A stretch of 32,000 nt of DNA from positions 1,140,001 to 1,172,000 of the forward strand of contig NZ_CP021983.2 of the NCBI RefSeq assembly GCF_002075285.3. The letters run 5' to 3'. The DNA comes from Halomicronema hongdechloris C2206. GTDB lineage: Bacteria; Cyanobacteriota; Cyanobacteriia; Phormidesmidales; Phormidesmidaceae. Under the pieces are notes generated by a model, which saw only the letters and a program-made list of their open reading frames with translations, ran no database searches and was not told where the DNA came from. Positions 26,807-32,000 of the stretch are shown piece by piece (positions within the stretch are counted from its first letter, which is position 1; every line of letters begins with the position of its first letter). The translations under genes and the position numbers were made by a program.

Positions 26807-27134
26807 TAGACCTCTTGCATAAATCAAATTGGCAGTCCCATCTCGTAGTTAAGAATGCCAGCCAGCAAATGAAGTCTGAGGCCAAATCGCCGCCGTCGAT
26901 TGCGATAGCGTTCGGCAAAGATGCGGAATCGCTTGAGTCGACGAATACTGTGCTCGCCCCGTATCCGCAGTCGTGCCAAGGTCCGATTGGCCTGCTTATC
27001 AGCCTTGGGTAAGGGGTTTCGGGGTGGCTTGCGACGTGGAGTAATGCTCATGTCATGCTGCTTGGCCATACCTTATCGAATCTACCTAAATGCACTCATT
27101 GGAGACTACTTTCTCAATTCGTGCAAGAGGTCTA
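26807..27134 (-). mobile_element. Internally deleted mini-IS (IS4/IS5-superfamily type) bounded by terminal inverted repeats
   Basis: taGACCTCTTGCA (26807-26819) is the reverse complement of TGCAAGAGGTCta (27122-27134). TA dinucleotides sit at both outer edges. Only a C-terminal transposase remnant lies inside. Confidence 0.6.
26824..27069 (-). pseudogene. DDE transposase C-terminal fragment (IS5-family / DDE_Tnp_4-like)
   Basis: ...RLRIRGEHSIRRLKRFRIFAERYRNRRRRFGLRLHLLAGILNYEM matches the conserved C-terminal block of cyanobacterial IS5-type transposases (memory). At 81 codons it is far too short for a full transposase. Confidence 0.55.
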
Positions 27135-27185
27135 TTGCTGTAAGAATTCAGTGCTTTATGCTCTGCAATTTACCTTGCGATCGCA

Positions 27186-27404
27186 CTAACGCTTCTTCAT
27201 TAACACATAGGGGTAGCAGTCAATTACAAAGTTGCGCATGTAGCTTCCTTTCGAATCTGATGCCAAGAGCCCCTCATAGGTTTCTTTAGGAACTTCCGAG
27301 TATTGATAAGTTTTCCCGGAGTTGAAGATAACCAGCAGAGTCTCGGTTTTCTCATCGTAGCCAAACGCTTGAATCATGCTGGATTCAACGAACTGTAGTT
27401 CCAT
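27186..27404 (-). CDS. KTSC domain-containing protein
   Basis: SSMIQAFGYDEKTETLLVIFNSGKTYQYSEVPKETYEGLLASDSKGSYMRNFV matches the KTSC pattern (S..I.a.GYD.....L.V.F..G..Y.Y..VP...y..l....SkG.y). Confidence 0.8.
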   Translation of the reverse strand: MELQFVESSMIQAFGYDEKTETLLVIFNSGKTYQYSEVPKETYEGLLASDSKGSYMRNFVIDCYPYVLMKKR

Positions 27405-27575
27405 CAGCTTTTATCACCTTATCCCTGTCATCACATCTCCACACTCTACTGCGAAATCACAGTGGCAAACATAAGCAAAATACACAATGTCTTTGGTCAA
27501 AGCTTTACTGCACTCTCTATCGAGGTGTCAGATTCTGCCTGGGAACGGGTATTGGTAAATCCCAAGTGAGACAAT

Positions 27576-28766
27576 TTATCGAACATATCCGGACAAATCA
27601 GTGGCCTGGCGCAGGGATTGGATGGTTGCGATCGCACCCTTGGCAACCCGATCGATCTCCGCCGTCGTATTGAAGCGACCGATGCCAAACCGCAACGAGG
27701 CATAGGCCAGCTCATCGCTGTGGCCCAGGGCCTTGAGCACATGGGAGGGGGCTGTACTGGTGGAACTACAGGCTGCCCCCGATGACACGGCGGCGATGGT
27801 ACGCAGTCCCAGCAGCAGGGCCTGACCGTCTACCCCAGCCACACTGACATTGAGATTGCCCGGCAACCGTCGAGTCGGGTGGCCATTGAGCCGCACAGCG
27901 GGCAGGGGTTGCAACTGCGACCATAGGTGCTGTCGCAGCCCCTGCAATCGCTCCGCCTCAGCAGTCATCGTCTCCAGGGCCAACTCCACCGCCTTGGCAA
28001 AGCCCACAATTTGCGGCGTATACAGCGTCCCCGAGCGCATTCCCCGCTCATGGCCACCGCCGTGGAGTTGCGGCGCCAGCCTTACCCGCGGCTGCCGCCG
28101 CCGCCCGTAGAGGGCGCCAATGCCCTTGGGGCCATAGAGCTTATGGGCCGTCAGAGACATCAGATCAATGCCCATGGCCTGCACATCCAGCGGCAGTTTC
28201 CCCAGGGCTTGGGCGGCGTCGCTGTGCAATAAGGGAATGCCACTGCCCTGACGAAGCCGACAGCACAGTTGCCCAATCTCCGCTAAGGGTTGCAAGACGC
28301 CAATCTCATTATTGGCCGCCATCACCGACACCAGAATCGTGTCCGGGCGGATAGCCGCTTCCAACTCGGCCAGATCAATCAGACCATCTGGCCGCACCGG
28401 CAGATAGGTCACCTCAAATCCCAGAGCCTCCAGATAGCGACAGGGATCTAGCACCGCACTGTGTTCCGTTTGCACCGTAATCAGGTGACGACCCTGGGCA
28501 AAATAGGCCTCCGCCACCCCCTTAATGGCCAGGTTATTGGCCTCCGTAGCGCCACTGGTAAAGACCATCTCCTCCGGGGTGGCGTTAATGGCGGCAGCAA
28601 TCCGCTGGCGAGCCGATTTGACGGCGGCCTCCGCTTCCCAGCCATAGGCATGGGTAATGCTGGCCGGATTGCCGAAATGCTCGGTGAAAAACGGCAGCAT
28701 GGCTTGCACTACCTGGGGGTCGACTGGCGTCGTGGCATGGGCATCCAGGTAAATCGGGCGCGACAT
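27576..28766 (-). CDS. Cysteine desulfurase (NifS/IscS class V aminotransferase family)
   Basis: IYLDAHATTPVDPQV, FTSGATEANNLAIKG, PLP-lysine motif SLTAHKLYGPKGIGALY, active-site loop SSGAACSS. Start placed at ATG 28766 (MSRPIYLD); ATG 28772 and TTG 28781 are alternatives. Confidence 0.9.
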   Translation of the reverse strand: MSRPIYLDAHATTPVDPQVVQAMLPFFTEHFGNPASITHAYGWEAEAAVKSARQRIAAAINATPEEMVFTSGATEANNLAIKGVAEAYFAQGRHLITVQTEHSAVLDPCRYLEALGFEVTYLPVRPDGLIDLAELEAAIRPDTILVSVMAANNEIGVLQPLAEIGQLCCRLRQGSGIPLLHSDAAQALGKLPLDVQAMGIDLMSLTAHKLYGPKGIGALYGRRRQPRVRLAPQLHGGGHERGMRSGTLYTPQIVGFAKAVELALETMTAEAERLQGLRQHLWSQLQPLPAVRLNGHPTRRLPGNLNVSVAGVDGQALLLGLRTIAAVSSGAACSSTSTAPSHVLKALGHSDELAYASLRFGIGRFNTTAEIDRVAKGAIATIQSLRQATDLSGYVR

Positions 28767-28806
28767 AGGCATGAATAGCAATTCTACAATTGGATAGCGA
28801 TGGGAG

Positions 28807-30657
28807 TCAGGCTAAGTTGAGCAGCCGAGCACTCTGATAGAAGCTCCAACTGGTCAGCCAAGCCAGGGCCAGGGAAAACCCCACGGACAGTAGGGTAAAC
28901 CGCCACGACTTCGACTCATTCAGTAGGGTGACTAGGGTGGTGAGGCAAGGGGTATACAGGAGGCAGAAGAGGCAAAAGCTATAGCCCTGGGCAAAGCTGA
29001 CATGATCGCCGATATAGCCGCTGACAGCGGCGGCATTGAGGCCATAGATCACGGCTAGAGAGCCCAACACGACCTCTTTGGCCACGAAGCCAAATATCAG
29101 CGCCAGGGTGAGATAGGGATCGATGCCAATGGGATGCATCACCGGACTCAACCATTGGCCGATGTGGCCCCCAATTGTCTCTGGCCCAGTGGCTCCAGGC
29201 GGTAGGGCAGTCAGGGTCCAGACGGCCACGCAGCCCAAGATAATGAATCGAGAGGCCCGACGCAGGAAGGTGGTTACTTCCTGCCAGCCTCGGCGCAGCA
29301 CCTGGGTCAGCGTGGGTAACCGATAAGGGGGCAACTCCAGCACGAAGGGGTCATCGTTGGGAAACCTCCCCTGAAACAGGGCAGCGGTGCCGATGGCGGC
29401 CCCAAAACTGAGGACATAGAGGGAAAACAAGACCAACGCCCCGTTGCCGCCCGGAAATACGGTGGCAATGATGAACACGAACACCTGCAATCGGGCCGAG
29501 CACAGGGCAAAGGGAATCACCAGCATGGTCAGCAGCCGCAGGGTGTGCGATCGCATGATCCGGGTTCCCATCAGAGCGGGGACATTGCAGCCAAACCCCA
29601 TCATCTGCAGCACAAAGCTACGGCCATCCAGCCCCAACCGGGCCATCAGCGCATCCATCAAATAGGCCGAGCGGGCTAAATAGCCGCTGTCCTCCAACAC
29701 CGCCATCAGCATGAAGAACAGCACGATCAGCGGCACAAAAGAGGCCACCGTGGCCACCCCATTCCAGATGCCGTTGAGGGCCAAATCTTGCACGATAGGA
29801 GGCAGCGGTTGCAGCACAGGTTCCAGTAGCCCCCGCTGTAACTGCCCCGCCAGCCAATCCATGGCATCCTGAGCCGGCAATCCCAGCGTCCAGATCAGCC
29901 AGAATATCCCCAGCATGCCTAAAAAGAAGCAGGGCAACCCCAGCACCGGATGCAGTAGCACCCGGTCTAGGGTCTCGGTCACCGTGCGAGTCAGCTGCGC
30001 CGGCATCTGCACCCGCCCTGCCAGGGCCTGCTCCACCTGCTGAGGCAACCGCTCGGCTCCGGCCGCCAGCGTTTCCGATAACGTGTCGATGCGATAGGAT
30101 TCTGGCTCCCCAGCCAAGATCGATGCCATAGCCGCCAGTACCTGACGATGTCCCTGCCCGCGCTTAGCATCGATGATCTCGACCGCCAGACCCAAGTGCT
30201 CAGCCAACCCCTCGCCATCAATCTCGACGCCATAGTGGCGAGCTTCATCGGCCATGGTGAACACCGCCAACACCGGCAATCCCAAGGCCTTAACCTGCAG
30301 CAGCAACCGCAACTGCCGATCAACCTGGGCCGCGTTGATCACCACCAGCACCAGATCAATGGGAAAATTCTCTAGGAATTGGCGCACCACCCGCTCGTCA
30401 TCCGAGAAGCCACCCAGATCGTAGGTGCCAGGCAGATCGACCAACTCCACCTGCTGCCCCGCCATTGGTTCAGGCAGAGACAAAGGAGCCTGCAGTAGAT
30501 CTACCGTGATCCCAGGCCAGTTGCCCACCGCCGCCGCGGCCCCGGTCAGTCGGTTAAACAGGGTGGATTTTCCCGTATTGGGCATCCCCAGCAGCGCGAC
30601 CCGCCGCGTTGTGGTGGTTGTGGTCGTCGATGTGGTGGATGGACTGTGACAGGTCAT
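28807..30657 (-). CDS. feoB: Ferrous iron transporter FeoB (G-domain + permease)
   Basis: G1 LLGMPNTGKSTLFNRLTG, G-domain VDLPGTYDL, then about 8-10 TM helices. The N-terminus has a Ser/Thr tract, STTSTTTTTTT. Confidence 0.92.
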   Translation of the reverse strand: MTCHSPSTTSTTTTTTTRRVALLGMPNTGKSTLFNRLTGAAAAVGNWPGITVDLLQAPLSLPEPMAGQQVELVDLPGTYDLGGFSDDERVVRQFLENFPIDLVLVVINAAQVDRQLRLLLQVKALGLPVLAVFTMADEARHYGVEIDGEGLAEHLGLAVEIIDAKRGQGHRQVLAAMASILAGEPESYRIDTLSETLAAGAERLPQQVEQALAGRVQMPAQLTRTVTETLDRVLLHPVLGLPCFFLGMLGIFWLIWTLGLPAQDAMDWLAGQLQRGLLEPVLQPLPPIVQDLALNGIWNGVATVASFVPLIVLFFMLMAVLEDSGYLARSAYLMDALMARLGLDGRSFVLQMMGFGCNVPALMGTRIMRSHTLRLLTMLVIPFALCSARLQVFVFIIATVFPGGNGALVLFSLYVLSFGAAIGTAALFQGRFPNDDPFVLELPPYRLPTLTQVLRRGWQEVTTFLRRASRFIILGCVAVWTLTALPPGATGPETIGGHIGQWLSPVMHPIGIDPYLTLALIFGFVAKEVVLGSLAVIYGLNAAAVSGYIGDHVSFAQGYSFCLFCLLYTPCLTTLVTLLNESKSWRFTLLSVGFSLALAWLTSWSFYQSARLLNLA

Positions 30658-30891
30658 CGATTCATTGGCCAGGATCCCCTTGCTTTCTATTCTAGGGGTG
30701 ACCCCAGAGCAACGATGATCAGCTAGGTTTTCTACAGGTTCCCACTGGAGTTTAAAGTTTTAGAGAATTGTCCGAGCTGCCTCGGGAATGGTGTTTAGGG
30801 CACGGGCACTCTGAAGATAGCCTATGATTCATTCCTCGAATACGACTGCTGCAGCTCCCCATGGCAATTTGTAAGAGTCCTGTCTATTCTG

Positions 30892-31794
30892 ATGCGCCCA
30901 CACCTGAGCTTGATCCCGACATCTTTCGGTCTGTGTCTTCTGGGCAGTAGTGTTTCCCTGCTGTTGCTGAACTTAGAGTCCTGGGATGGAGAGCAGGGTC
31001 CCTTGTCAGCGTCTGTTCCCTTGGGCACCGTCATTGCCCTGATCGGGATTACCATCGTGAGCATGACTTGGCTATCGGCCTGGATACTATCGCAGCAAAT
31101 GATACAACTGATTCGCCAGCTCACAGAGTATCTGCTACAGGTGCAAGCCGGGGATTGTGATCGTCCCATGCGGGGATTGATTTGGAGCCGAGATCTGGTG
31201 CATGAACTCAATCGTTGGTCGTCTCTGCTCGTGGATATTCTCCATGCCCACTACCGCATCGAGACCGATCTGCGGGAGAGTGAAGAACGCTACGCCCTAG
31301 CGCTGCAAGGAGCCAATGATGGCATCTGGGACTGGGATCTGCGCAGCAATCGTATGCACTACTCCAGTCGCTGGAAAACCCTCCTGGGCTATGACGAGGA
31401 AACCATTGGCGCTAGCCCCGAGGATTGGTTTAGCCGCATCCACCCCGAAGATCTGCTCTCAGTCAAGGTGAGTCTGGCTGCCCATCTGCAGGGAGAAACC
31501 CCCCACTTCGAGAGTGAACATCGCCTGCTCAGGGGAGACGGTCGCTATGGTTGGGTTCTAGTGCGTGGTCTGGCCGTTTGCGATCAGCAGCATCAAACCA
31601 ATCGCATTGCCGGGTCATTGACCGACATCACAGCTCGCAAGCAGACAGAGGAACAATTGCGTTATGAGGCCCTGCACGACAGTCTCACCCATCTGCCCAA
31701 CCGCACCCATTTGATCCAGCAACTCCAGCAAACCTTGGACACAGTGCGAGTCCATCCTCAGTATCTAGCAGCGGTGTTGTTGCTAGATCTATAG
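30892..31794 (+). CDS. Membrane PAS sensor / GGDEF diguanylate cyclase, 3'-truncated at the very start of the GGDEF domain by an IS insertion
   Basis: Two N-terminal TM segments. PAS SEERYALALQGANDGIWDWDL...WFSRIHPEDL...EHRLLRGDGRYGWVLVRG. GGDEF entry motif ALHDSLTHLPNRTHL...AAVLLLDL*, which stops exactly where the D-x-F-K-x-x-N-D part of the domain should follow. Confidence 0.75.
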   Translation: MRPHLSLIPTSFGLCLLGSSVSLLLLNLESWDGEQGPLSASVPLGTVIALIGITIVSMTWLSAWILSQQMIQLIRQLTEYLLQVQAGDCDRPMRGLIWSRDLVHELNRWSSLLVDILHAHYRIETDLRESEERYALALQGANDGIWDWDLRSNRMHYSSRWKTLLGYDEETIGASPEDWFSRIHPEDLLSVKVSLAAHLQGETPHFESEHRLLRGDGRYGWVLVRGLAVCDQQHQTNRIAGSLTDITARKQTEEQLRYEALHDSLTHLPNRTHLIQQLQQTLDTVRVHPQYLAAVLLLDL

Positions 31795-32000
31795 CAACCC
31801 TAAATGAGTTTAGAATGGGTAGTATATAAATATCATCAAGCTGTCAATACAGTTGTACTCATGAATAGTTTTCAATTAGAACACCAACAAAAAGTAGATA
31901 ATCGTGCTATTCTATCAGACTTTATAAGTAGTAATCCTGATTCAAGAGAGCTTAAGCGAGCATTGGCTGTAAAAATGGCATTGGAGGGTGAGCCATATTT
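31795..32000 (+). mobile_element. Left end of an AT-rich insertion sequence (IS630-family-like), continuing beyond the window
   Basis: Abrupt switch from GC-rich coding DNA to AT-rich sequence at ~31792-31795, at a TA-containing site (ctagatcTAtagcaaccc). It contains the start of a transposase-like ORF. Confidence 0.6.
31861..32000 (+). CDS. IS630-family-like transposase, N-terminal HTH part (3' end outside the window)
   Basis: ATG 31861: MNSFQLEHQQKVDNRAILSDFISSNPDSRELKRALAVKMALEGEPY. The RELKRALAVKMALEG block is recalled from N-termini of cyanobacterial IS630-type transposases. Confidence 0.55.
   Translation, partial: MNSFQLEHQQKVDNRAILSDFISSNPDSRELKRALAVKMALEGEPY

Noticed and set aside
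26186-26827. ORFs 26186-26386(-), 26229-26447(-), 26393-26827(-) and 26559-26750(+) in the glgP upstream region.
   Set aside because: The translations are Pro/Ser/Leu or Arg-rich strings produced by the simple purine/pyrimidine repeats and GC hairpins. There is no start context and no recognisable domain. The region is treated as non-coding.
30658-30891. Missing feoA and a Fur box upstream of feoB.
   Set aside because: No ORF of suitable size (about 70-85 aa) exists on the minus strand in this gap. No AT-rich 19-bp palindrome resembling GATAATGATAATCATTATC was seen.

Overview
Cyanobacterial chromosomal DNA. The HIP1 octamer GCGATCGC recurs (371, 1027, 4690, 11771, 12955, 14218), and the gene content is photosystem I, urease, glycogen phosphorylase and FeoB. 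Bases 1-8294 look like the photosystem I half and control module of a far-red light photoacclimation (FaRLiP) cluster. They carry psaB (5'-partial), psaL, psaI, psaF and psaJ on one strand, followed directly by an rfpB-like multi-domain response regulator, an rfpA-like PAS-less GAF phytochrome histidine kinase and an rfpC-like single-domain CheY. Next comes a tightly packed operon, ureA / IRBP-like S41 peptidase-family gene / ureB / signal-peptide protein, with no ureC in the window. After that: a methyltransferase pair; a short zone of decayed gene fragments; a plus-strand run of membrane and hydrolase genes (M28 peptidase, truncated CPBP protease, Ntn-type amide hydrolase); and a tandem GNAT, RidA and SGNH hydrolase on the minus strand. 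A GT4 glycosyltransferase then converges on glgP. Upstream of glgP lies a ~600 bp repeat- and hairpin-rich non-coding region that abuts an internally deleted mini-IS. The window ends with KTSC, cysteine desulfurase and feoB on the minus strand, then a PAS-GGDEF sensor gene cut off by an AT-rich IS630-like insertion. No rRNA, tRNA or CRISPR array was found. All family assignments rest on motif recognition by eye, because no database search was possible. The items most worth follow-up are the atypical RfpB-like architecture (an HPt-like motif plus a pseudo-receiver), the split urease operon, and the structured repeat region upstream of glgP.
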